From Verrucomicrobiota bacterium (lineage in GTDB: Bacteria > Verrucomicrobiota > Verrucomicrobiia > Limisphaerales > VHCN01): 64,000 bases of DNA. How positions within the stretch are numbered: the stretch's first letter is position 1; each line of letters opens with the position of its first letter. A program made the position numbers and the translations under genes. The DNA lies in contig VHCN01000005.1 of NCBI GenBank assembly GCA_016871675.1, positions 384 through 64,383 of the forward strand. The letters are read 5' to 3'. The notes below the pieces were generated by a model. The model did not search any database. It saw nothing but the letters and a program-made list of their open reading frames with translations, and was not told the origin of the DNA. Positions 30,373 to 39,600 of the stretch are shown piece by piece.

Positions 30373-33033
30373 ATGCCCAGCCCACCCCGGACTTGCCACG
30401 GATTCGCCCGGCGCTTCTGGCGGGACGGCTTCGGGCGGCTGGCGCTTGTCTTCGCCGTCGCGTCGAGCACGTTCGCCGCGCCCGATCTCGACGAAGCCCG
30501 GAAGCTCTTCCTCACCGGCCAGTATCGGGAGGCCATCCAGGCCGCCGAGGCCGGCGCGAAGGCCGAGGAACTCAGCGAGGAATGGCACCTGCTGCTCGTC
30601 CAATCGCGCGCCGCCGTCGGGCAGTATGCGGCCGCCTTCAACACCCTCACCAACGTCATGACCCGCTGGCCGATGTCCGCGAGCATCCGGCTCCGGCTCG
30701 TCGGGCGCGAGCTGGCGCTCTTCAACCAGCAACCCGAGCGCGCGCGCGACATGCTCACGGAAATCAACCAGCAGGCCAGCCAGCGGCCATGGTCCTTCCG
30801 CGACGCCGCGAACATGGCCGCGCTTGCCCGCGCCGCGCTGCTCATGGGCGCCGACCCCAAGCTCGTGCTCGAAAGACTCCTCGACCCCGCGAAGAAGAGC
30901 GACCCCGACAAGCGCGACGCCTACCTCGCCAGCGGCGAACTTGCGTTGGAAAAGCACGACTACGCGCTCGCCGCCCAGTCGTTCGCCGAGGGGTTGAAGA
31001 AATTCCCGGCGGACGCCGACATGCTCTGCGGGCACGCGAAGTCCTTCGCCAGCGGGGATCGTGCCCGGATGATGGCCGGCATCGACAAGGCGCTCGAAGC
31101 CAACACCAATCACATCCCGAGCCTCCTCCTGCTGACCGATCATCTCGTGGATGCCGAGGAATACGAGGAGGCCGAGAAGCTCCTCAAACGCGCGCTCGCG
31201 GTGAACCCGGCGCATCCGGAGGCCCACGCCTACCGCGCCGTCCTTGCGCACCTCCGCAACGACTCTGCCGCCGAGAAGCAATCGCGCGACGAGGCGCTCA
31301 AACACTGGACCAACAATCCCGCCGTGGACCATATCCTCGGCGCGAAGCTCTCGCAGAAATACCGCTTCGCCGAGGGCGCGGCGGCGCAGCGGCGCGCGTT
31401 GCGGTTCGACCGGAGCTTTCTCCCCGCCCGCAGCCAGCTCGCCACGGACCTGCTCCGGCTCGGCGAGGAAGACAAGGGCTGGCAGCTCGCGGATGAAGTC
31501 TTCAAGGACGACGGCTACGACGTGGCCGCCTACAACCTCGTCACGCTCAAGGACGCGATGGCCAGGTTCACCACGCTCACCAACGCGCACTTCATTCTGC
31601 GAATGGGCGAGAAGGAGGCGCCCCTCTACGGCCAACGCGCGCTTGCGCTCCTTGAACGCGCGCGCTCCAACCTGACCGCGAAGTATTCATGCACGCTCGA
31701 CAAGCCCACCATCGTCGAGATTTTCCCGGAGCAGAAGGACTTCGCCGTGCGCACGTTTGGCATGCCCGGCGGCGCGGGATTCCTCGGCGTATGCTTCGGC
31801 TGCGTCATCACCGCCAACAGCCCGGCGTCGCAGGCGGCGCACCCGACAAGTTGGGAAGCTGTGCTGTGGCACGAGTTCTGTCACGTCGTCACGCTCAGCC
31901 TCACGAAGAACAAGATGCCGCGCTGGCTGAGCGAGGGCATTTCCGTCTACGAAGAGCGGCAGGCGAGCCCCGCGTGGGGCCAGCACATGAATCCCCGCTA
32001 CCGCGAGATGATTCTCGGCAAGGACCTCACGCCCATCGGTGACCTGAGCGCCGCATTCCTCGCACCCAAGAGCGACCTCCACCTTCAGTTCGCCTACTAC
32101 GAATCCTCGCTCGTCGTCGAGTTCCTCGTGCAACGGTTCGGGCTCGGTGCGATCAAGAAAGTCCTCGCCGACCTTGCCAAGGGCGACGAGATCAACGCCG
32201 TTCTCGCGCGTCACACCCTCCCGATGGAAAAGTTGGAGAAGGATTTTGCAGCCTTCGCGAAGGACGCGGCGGAGAGGCTCGCGCCGGGGCTCGATTTCGA
32301 GCGCCCGCAAGGCATCGGCGAACCGCCCCGCGCCGGCGGCCCCCGGCCGCGGCCCATACCCGAACCCGTGGCCGTGGCGGTTGAGAGGCTCGATCCGCTC
32401 GAATGGGCCGCCCGCAACCCGAAGAATTTCTATGCGCTCACGCTCAACGCCCGCCGCCTCATCGGGGAGAAAAAGTTCGCCGACGCGAAAGCGCCGTTGC
32501 AAAAGCTCATCGCCGAATACCCCGGCCACCGCGGCGCCGACAACGCCTACACGATGCTCGCCGGCGTCCATCGCGCGCTCGGCGAGGCGAAGGAGGAGCG
32601 CGACGTGCTCGCGAAACTCGCGGCGATTGATGCCGACGCGCTCGAAGCGTTCCAGCGGCTGATGGAACTGGCCGCCGACGCGAAGGACTGGCGGTCCGTC
32701 GAGGCGAACGCGCAACGGCACCTCGGCGTCAACCCGCTCACCCCGCTGCCGTGGCGGCACGTTGCGCGCGCCCATGAGGAACTCGGGAAACCCGTCCATG
32801 CGATCGACGCGTGGCAGAAGGTGCTCGCGCTCGACCCGCCCGACCCGGCAGAGATTCACTTCCGGCTCGGCAAACTGATGCACCAGACCGGCAACCCGCT
32901 CGCGCGCCGCCACGTGTTGCAGGCGCTCGAGGAGGCGCCGCGGTTCCGCGACGCGCACAAGCTCCTTCTCGAGATCACAGGCTCTGCAACAAACCCGCAG
33001 CCGTCGGCGTCCAAGACGGAACCAAAGCCATGA
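30373..33033 (+). CDS. Exported TPR-repeat protein with an embedded gluzincin (peptidase MA-like) HExxH domain
   Basis: Signal-like N-terminus. TPR helices on both sides of VLWHEFCHVV...PRWLSEGISVYEE (HExxH plus a downstream Glu). Stop overlaps the next start (ATGA at 33030-33033). Confidence 0.6.
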   Translation: MPSPPRTCHGFARRFWRDGFGRLALVFAVASSTFAAPDLDEARKLFLTGQYREAIQAAEAGAKAEELSEEWHLLLVQSRAAVGQYAAAFNTLTNVMTRWPMSASIRLRLVGRELALFNQQPERARDMLTEINQQASQRPWSFRDAANMAALARAALLMGADPKLVLERLLDPAKKSDPDKRDAYLASGELALEKHDYALAAQSFAEGLKKFPADADMLCGHAKSFASGDRARMMAGIDKALEANTNHIPSLLLLTDHLVDAEEYEEAEKLLKRALAVNPAHPEAHAYRAVLAHLRNDSAAEKQSRDEALKHWTNNPAVDHILGAKLSQKYRFAEGAAAQRRALRFDRSFLPARSQLATDLLRLGEEDKGWQLADEVFKDDGYDVAAYNLVTLKDAMARFTTLTNAHFILRMGEKEAPLYGQRALALLERARSNLTAKYSCTLDKPTIVEIFPEQKDFAVRTFGMPGGAGFLGVCFGCVITANSPASQAAHPTSWEAVLWHEFCHVVTLSLTKNKMPRWLSEGISVYEERQASPAWGQHMNPRYREMILGKDLTPIGDLSAAFLAPKSDLHLQFAYYESSLVVEFLVQRFGLGAIKKVLADLAKGDEINAVLARHTLPMEKLEKDFAAFAKDAAERLAPGLDFERPQGIGEPPRAGGPRPRPIPEPVAVAVERLDPLEWAARNPKNFYALTLNARRLIGEKKFADAKAPLQKLIAEYPGHRGADNAYTMLAGVHRALGEAKEERDVLAKLAAIDADALEAFQRLMELAADAKDWRSVEANAQRHLGVNPLTPLPWRHVARAHEELGKPVHAIDAWQKVLALDPPDPAEIHFRLGKLMHQTGNPLARRHVLQALEEAPRFRDAHKLLLEITGSATNPQPSASKTEPKP

Positions 33034-33911
33034 ACCATCGTCGACTCATCCTTGGGCTCGCGGTCGCCCTCGTCACGGGAGCCGCGCTCGCGCAGCGCTT
33101 CGGGGGCCGCGGCAGTCGCAGCGGCTACGACGGCATCCGCACGGCGCGCGAGTTGGAGTCGGGCAGCACCGGCACACCGATGTGGACGAACGACGTCGCG
33201 TTCGAGAAGGACGCATGGACCTTCGCGCGCGTGCGCTACGGCAGCGGCTACGGCGGCTACCGATTCAGTCGCGGCGGCGGCTGGGCGGTGGACATTCCCG
33301 ACAGCGATTTGAATCTCTCGTGGCGCGTGCAGCAGATGACCTCGATGAAGGTGGATCCCGACGGGCGGATCGTGGAACTGTCGGATTCGGACCTCCACAA
33401 GTATCCGTGGCTCTACTTCGTCGAGCCGGGCGCGCTGCGTTTCACGGACGAGGAAGTCGTCGCATTCCGGAAATACCTGCTCAACGGCGGCTTCGCGATG
33501 TTCGACGATTTTTGGGGCGACTCGGCGCTGATGAACGTGCTCAACGAGATGAAGCGGGTCTTTCCCGAGCGCGAGTTCGTCGAACTCGACATGGATCACC
33601 CGATCTTCCACGCCGTCTTCGACCTGAAACTCACGAAGAACCAGATGCAGGTGCCCAACATTCGCACCGGCCACGAAAGCCAGTGGACGGGCATCACTTG
33701 GGAGCAATACCACGACGGTGACAACCGGAACGTCCACTTCAAGGCCATCTTCGATGACAAGGGGCGCCCGATGGCCTTCATCGCCCACAACACGGACAAC
33801 GGCGACGGGTGGGAGCGCGAAGGCGAGAGCGAGTATTACTTCAAGGAGTTCTCCGAGAAGAAGGCCTACCCGCTCGGCATCAACCTGCTGTTTTACGTGA
33901 TGACGCACTGA
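33030..33911 (+). CDS. DUF4159 domain protein (exported), copy 1
   Basis: Signal peptide. WAVDIPDSDLNLSWRVQQMTSMKV, YPWLYFVEPGALRFTDEEVVAFRKYLLNGGFAMFDDFWG, DHPIFH and NTDNGDGWERE match my memory of DUF4159. Confidence 0.72.
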   Translation: MNHRRLILGLAVALVTGAALAQRFGGRGSRSGYDGIRTARELESGSTGTPMWTNDVAFEKDAWTFARVRYGSGYGGYRFSRGGGWAVDIPDSDLNLSWRVQQMTSMKVDPDGRIVELSDSDLHKYPWLYFVEPGALRFTDEEVVAFRKYLLNGGFAMFDDFWGDSALMNVLNEMKRVFPEREFVELDMDHPIFHAVFDLKLTKNQMQVPNIRTGHESQWTGITWEQYHDGDNRNVHFKAIFDDKGRPMAFIAHNTDNGDGWEREGESEYYFKEFSEKKAYPLGINLLFYVMTH

Positions 33912-33932
33912 GCCGTGTTGATTCGTCACTGC

Positions 33933-34904
33933 ATGAACGCGCGAATTCAAGCCATGCTCGTCGCGGCGGCGCTCCTTGGGACGGGCGTTTGCGTCGCGCA
34001 GTTCCAGCAGCGCGGCGGCTTTCGCGGCCCGCCGACCGACGACCGCCCCGGCAACTACGTGTGGAGCGAGGGCAGCGGCTGGATCAATGAGGACACCGTC
34101 CGCACGGCGCGCGAGACCATGTCGCACAGCACCGGCACGCCGAACTGGACCAACGAGCCCGCCTTCGCGAAGGACGTGTTCACCTTCACGCGCATCATTT
34201 TCAAGATCGATCCGAACCGTTCCGGCTTCGGCCTCGGGCGGAACTTCGGCCGCCGCCTCGGCTGGTGGGTGGATTATCCGGACGCCGACTTGAACCTCTC
34301 GTATCGACTGCAGCAGCTGACATCCGCAAAGACGGATCCGGACGCGCGCGTCATGAAGTTGACCGACCCTGAACTGCGCACGCAGCCGATGATCTACCTG
34401 GAGCATCCCGGCTACATGGTGCTGCGCGACGACGAGGTGCTCGCGCTGCGAAATTATCTGCTGAACGGCGGCGCGCTGTTCGTGAACGATTTCTGGAGCC
34501 AGCCCGAGTGGGACGGCTTCGCCGCCCAGATGCAGCGCGTGCTGCCCGGCCGCCGGTGGACGGAACTCGGCACGGACCACCCGGTGTTTCATTTCATCTT
34601 CCCGATGCGCGGGCCGATGCAGGGGTTTCAGGTGCCGACGATTCAGTTTTGGAACCCGCATCACGACCCGGCCAATCCCAACTCGCCGCTGCAACTCCGC
34701 GACCGCGGCGAGGGCTCAGACACCATGCACGTGCGCGCATGGCACGACGACAAGGGCCGCATCATGGTCTTCGTCATCCACAACAGCGACGTGAGCGACG
34801 GCTGGGAACGCGAGGGGGAGGACTCCGTCTATTTCACGAAGTTTTCGGAAAAGGTCGCGTATCCCTTCGGGATGAACATCGTGTTCTACCTGATGACGCA
34901 CTAG
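33933..34904 (+). CDS. DUF4159 domain protein (exported), copy 2 (paralog of the preceding gene)
   Basis: Collinear with copy 1: WWVDYPDADLNLSYRLQQLTSAKT, MIYLEHPGYMVLRDDEVLALRNYLLNGGALFVNDFWS, DHPVFH, NSDVSDGWERE. ATG at 33933 preferred to GTG at 33915. Confidence 0.72.
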   Translation: MNARIQAMLVAAALLGTGVCVAQFQQRGGFRGPPTDDRPGNYVWSEGSGWINEDTVRTARETMSHSTGTPNWTNEPAFAKDVFTFTRIIFKIDPNRSGFGLGRNFGRRLGWWVDYPDADLNLSYRLQQLTSAKTDPDARVMKLTDPELRTQPMIYLEHPGYMVLRDDEVLALRNYLLNGGALFVNDFWSQPEWDGFAAQMQRVLPGRRWTELGTDHPVFHFIFPMRGPMQGFQVPTIQFWNPHHDPANPNSPLQLRDRGEGSDTMHVRAWHDDKGRIMVFVIHNSDVSDGWEREGEDSVYFTKFSEKVAYPFGMNIVFYLMTH

Positions 34905-34957
34905 ACTCCGACCCGACGCCAATCCCCAAATCACCGCACCAACCCAAGGACACTGAA

Positions 34958-36058
34958 GTGGAAACGCCCCCCGTCATCCAAGGAAACGCCACGCCGGCGG
35001 CGCAGCCCGCGGACACCGCAGCCACGCAGCCGGCGACCCAGTCGCCGCCGCCGCTTCCCGCGCCCACCGAGCGGGAGACCGTCGAGCAACTGCTCGCCGG
35101 CCGGGCGAAAATCGAAGCCGAGCTCGCAAAGGTCATCATCGGCCAGCGCGAGGTCATCGAGCAGATCCTGCTCGCGCTGCTCTCCGGCGGACACTGCCTC
35201 ATCACCGGCGCACCGGGGCTCGCCAAGACGCTCCTCGTCAAATCCATCGCGCAGATTTTTCACCTGCGTTTCCAGCGCATCCAGTTCACGCCCGACCTCA
35301 TGCCCGCGGACATCACCGGCACGGAAATTCTCGAGGAAAGCGCCGATGGACCGGGGCGGCGGATGGTGTTCGTGCGCGGGCCGATCTTCGCGAACATGAT
35401 CCTCGCGGACGAAATCAACCGCACGCCACCCAAGACGCAGGCCGCGCTGCTCGAGGCGATGCAGGAACATCAGGTCACCGCCGCGGGCGTGCGGCACGCG
35501 CTCGAGGAGCCGTTCTTCGTCCTCGCCACGCAGAACCCCATCGAGATGGAAGGCACCTATCCGCTGCCCGAGGCGCAGCTCGACCGCTTCATGTTCAACG
35601 TGGTGATGGACTACCTGCCTGAAGCCGACGAAGTCGCCGTCGTCGCCGAGACCACCTCGCGCGCCACGCCGAAAATCGAGGCGCTCTTCTACGGCGCGGA
35701 CGTGCTGCGCTTCCACGACATCGTGCGGAAAGTCCCGATCGCTCTCGATGTCGTTCGCTACGCCGTGAAGCTCGCCGCCGCGTCGCGTCCCAAACAGGCC
35801 GGCTCGCCTGCGTTCGTGAATGAGTGGGTCAGCTGGGGCGCCGGCACTCGCTCGGGTCAGTTCCTCGTGCTCGGAGCGAAGGCCCGCGCGCTCCTGCAGG
35901 GCCGCGCCCACGCGACCATCGAGGACATCCGGGCGCTCGCGCACCCTGTGCTTCGTCACCGCGTCCTGATCAACTACCGGGCGGAAGCGGAAGGCGTGAA
36001 CGTCGAAGCCGTGATCCACAAGCTGCTCGAAACCGTCCAGCCACCGGCCGGTGGTTAA
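34958..36058 (+). CDS. MoxR-family AAA+ ATPase
   Basis: VIIGQREVIEQILLALLSGGHCLITGAPGLAKT (Walker A), ILADEINRTPPKTQAALLEAMQE (Walker B/sensor), ATQNPIEMEGTYPLPEAQLDRF. There is no in-frame ATG after the previous stop, so GTG at 34958 is proposed. Confidence 0.88.
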   Translation: METPPVIQGNATPAAQPADTAATQPATQSPPPLPAPTERETVEQLLAGRAKIEAELAKVIIGQREVIEQILLALLSGGHCLITGAPGLAKTLLVKSIAQIFHLRFQRIQFTPDLMPADITGTEILEESADGPGRRMVFVRGPIFANMILADEINRTPPKTQAALLEAMQEHQVTAAGVRHALEEPFFVLATQNPIEMEGTYPLPEAQLDRFMFNVVMDYLPEADEVAVVAETTSRATPKIEALFYGADVLRFHDIVRKVPIALDVVRYAVKLAAASRPKQAGSPAFVNEWVSWGAGTRSGQFLVLGAKARALLQGRAHATIEDIRALAHPVLRHRVLINYRAEAEGVNVEAVIHKLLETVQPPAGG

Positions 36059-36070
36059 AGGTCCGCGGGA

Positions 36071-36598
36071 TCACGGCTGCGCGACGGCGAGGATGCTGGT
36101 CGTGGAGTGCGTGAGGCGGTTCTGGCGGTCGCGGTGGCGGGCGAGGAGTGTGATGCGCCCGCCCGCGGGTTTGTCCGCGCCCCAACGCAGGAGGAACTCG
36201 TAGGCCGTGCCAAGCGTGGATTGGGATTGGTGCGCCCGGAGGTCCGCCGCGGAGAACGTCCACAGCTTGCGCGGCTTGGACGGCAGCGGGGCACCCTCCC
36301 GGATTGCGCCGTCGAACATCAGGATTTCCAAATCGCCCGCCGGCAGGACCGACCCCTTCGAACTTCGCGCCGTGGTCGCGAAGACCCTCAACGCAAACCC
36401 ATCGGGCCCCGGGTCATCGTCGAGGTTGATCGCCGCGGGCGAGTGCAGCAGGTGCAGCGCGAGGCTCTCGCCGGAACGGGCGCCACCGCCCGTCGCGCAA
36501 CCCGCCAGCCACGCGCACAGAAACGCGCAAACGAACAGGCCGCACGTCACACTCAGCAGTTGTGACAATCGCAGGAGGATCTCGTGACGTAGGTTCAT
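36071..36598 (-). CDS. Small lipoprotein encoded directly downstream of the secretin (candidate pilotin/accessory protein)
   Basis: MNLRHEILLRLSQLLSVTCGLFVCAFLCAWLAGC has a canonical LAGC lipobox. About 150 mature residues. Starts 22 nt after the secretin stop on the same strand. No family recognised. Confidence 0.6.
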   Translation of the reverse strand: MNLRHEILLRLSQLLSVTCGLFVCAFLCAWLAGCATGGGARSGESLALHLLHSPAAINLDDDPGPDGFALRVFATTARSSKGSVLPAGDLEILMFDGAIREGAPLPSKPRKLWTFSAADLRAHQSQSTLGTAYEFLLRWGADKPAGGRITLLARHRDRQNRLTHSTTSILAVAQP

Positions 36599-36620
36599 TC
36601 GCCGTGCGCCGGGTGACCGC

Positions 36621-39600
36621 TCACGGCTTCGTCTCCGGCTTGTCCTGCTTCGGCGCAGGGAAGAGCGGATCAAGCAGCCCCTTTTGCAAGGCGTCCGGCT
36701 TCTTCATTTCCTTGATCGTGGAGCGGTCGAGTTGCCGCCGGATCGAGCCATCGAGCGCGGAGCGCGCCGCCTCGTCGTCGGCGCCACCGAGCACCTGCGG
36801 CGTGAGCATGATGAGCAACTCGCGCCGTTCGGTCTTCTTTTTCGAGCTGCGGAAGACCGCGCCGAGATACGGAATGTCGCCGAGCAGCGGCACTTTCTTC
36901 CTGCGGATGTCGTCGCTGCTGCTGATGAGCCCGCCGATGACGACGGTCTGCCCGTCGGGCACGCTCACGGTGGTGCTCGCGCGGCGCTCATTGATGATCG
37001 GCACCGTGGCGTTCTGGTTGATCTCGACCGACGTGCTGCTGAGCGAGCTGTTTGTCGTGCCGACCTCGAGCTTCACGAAGCCGTCCGGCGCGATGCGCGG
37101 CGTGACCTGCAGATTCACGCCGACGTTTTCGTAACGGAAGGAGTTGATGGTGTCGCCGCGCTCGGTCACGCGGCTGTCCGTGATGAGCGGCACGCGCTGG
37201 CCGATGTTGATCGTTGCGGGCCGGTTGTCCGCCGTGAGCACTTGCGGGCGGCTCAAGACTTCGAGGCGCCCGTCGTCCTCCATCGCCTTCACGAGGAAGT
37301 TCAGGTCGCGCCCGGTGAGCAGACCCGAGTAGCCGCCGAACGTGGTCAGCAGCGCGGGTGGGACGCCGGCGAAGTCCGTGCCGGTGCCGATCGTGCGGCC
37401 GCCGCCGATGCCCTTGTTGTAATTCCACGAGATGCCGAGGTCTTTCGTGTTGTCGAGCGCGACCTCGGCGAGCAGCACCTGGATCAGCACCTGCGGTTGG
37501 GAACGATCGAGCTCCTCCACGAGGTTTCGCACGTGGTCGAAGAACCGCGGGCTCGCGGACAGCAGGATCGTGTTGCTGTTCGTCTCCGCGACAATCGAGA
37601 CCTCGCGGTCGAGCAGGCGCGAGGCGTTTGCCACGGCGTCGGGCCCGAGGATTTGTGTCACGCGCTGGCGTTCCTGGTCGAGGAAGGCGCGGATCGAAGT
37701 CGCGACATCGAGCGCCTGCGAATTCTTCAACCGGTGCAGCTCCGTCTTGCGGTCAATCGCCTCGCCCGTGTCGAGTGTCTCGATCACCTGCGCGACGAGC
37801 GCGATGTAGTGGTCCGTGCCGCCGACGAGCAGGCTGTTTGTGCGCGGGTCCACGCTCACGTTGAGCGCGCCCTGCTCCTCGGAGCCGAGGATGGCCGACG
37901 CGCCCTCGGACGCGCCTGATCCATCGGGTTTCACCAGCGTGTATTGAATCGTCCGCACGTTGCCGCCGGCGGTCGCGCCCGCGGGCGTCATGCGGAACAT
38001 GCTCATGAGAAGCTGCGCGCTTTGCGCGGCGTTGGCGTGCTTGAGCGTGAAGACGCGGATCTTTGCCTCGCGCGGCGAGCTGTTGTCGAGGCGCGAGATG
38101 ACCTGTTCGAGCAATCCCATGTAATCCACGGGACCGGACACGATGAGCGAGTTCATCCGCGGGTCGGGTGTGATCAGCACTGCCTCCTTCAGCGCGGCGG
38201 TCACCAGCTCCCGGCCGTCCAGAGTGCGGGTGATGAATTGCAGGACCGACTGCGCGTTCGGGTTTTGCTCGGTGAGCGGCGTGGGCTTCGTATTGAGCGC
38301 CGCGTTCAGCACGGTGGACAGCGCCTCGGCCCGCGCATACTTCAACGGCATCACGCGGATTTCACTGACACGCGCGACCTGGTCAGTGTCGAGTTTCTCC
38401 ACGACCGCGCGGATGCGCCGCACATCGGCCTCGCCGGCGCTGACGACCAGCGCGTTCACCCGCTCGTCCGCACTGACAACGATGGGCAGCGCGCCGGTGG
38501 TTTGCGTGCCTTCGCGATACAGGCCCTGCACGGTGGTCGCGACGCGGCGTGCGTCGGCCTTCTGCAGCGGGATGACCTGCACGGTGATGCCAAACTGCGC
38601 CTGCTCGGCGTCGAGGCGGTTGACGAGCGACTCGACCATTGCCATGTCCTCGACCACCGCGCCGACGATGAGCGCGTTGACCCACGCATCGGCGATGACC
38701 GTGATGGGATCGGGCGTCTCGCCACGCACGCGCGGCGGGCGGTTGGCGAAGAGCTTCGCAAGCGTGTCCTGCAACTTCACCGCCGTCGCCTGCTTGAGCT
38801 GGAAGACGCGGAAGTTCTGCCGCGCCTGCACGTCCTCGGCGTCGAGCTGTGGCACGATGCGGTCGAGAATGTCGAACGCCTCCTTGCCGCCGGTGACGAG
38901 CAGCGCGTTGAGGCGCGGGTCGGGGATGACCGCGACGGGTATGCTCCGGTCCTGCGCGTTGAGCGCGACGGTGTCGCCCGCGCGCTTTGCGGTGAAGAAC
39001 TGCGTGAGCACGGCCGCGAGGTTTGCGGCGCGCGCTCGTTCGAGGCGGTAGATCTTCATGCTGCCCGCGTCTGCGAGGTCCCGGGTGTCGAGCCTGGTGA
39101 TGACCTCCTTCACGATCGCGAGATGCTCCGGGCTGGCGGAGACGAACAGCGTGTTGCTGCGCGGGTCCACGGCGATGGCGAGCGCGTCGCGGCCGCCCGC
39201 GGGCGCCGGGCCGCCGACAAGCGGCCGTCCGGGCCGATACAATCCCTGCTGCACGAGCCCGCGCAGCATCGTCGCGACGCGCTGCGCGTCGGCGAACTTG
39301 AGCACGAAGGTCTCCATGACTCCAGCGGCGACGGTGGGCTCGACGTCGAGCCGCGTGAGCAGCTCGGTGATGAGGTCGAGGTTTTCCTTGTTCGCGGAGA
39401 CGATGAGCGAGTTGTTGAGGCCGTCGGTCTCGATTTTCACCTGCTCGGACGCCGACGGCTCGGCGCCCGGCAGCGCGCGGGCCTTGAGACGAGCGGCAAA
39501 GATGCTCTCCATCGTGGTTGCGACCTTCGCCGCGTCGTTGTGCTTGAGCGGAAGGACCGACAGCGTGAGCGCCGGGTTGTCGAGCGCGCGGTCGAGCTTC

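Noticed and set aside
34508-34957. Upstream extension of the MoxR ORF (track start 34508), and the similar run-ons at 17763-18509 (ycfL-like), 21951-22091 (esterase), 32811-33029 (DUF4159), 30142-30372 (TPR-protease) and 27855-27920 (mrp).
   Set aside because: The extensions overlap the preceding genes or lack any signal or domain. Better starts exist immediately after the upstream stop, and these yield proper signal peptides or N-termini.
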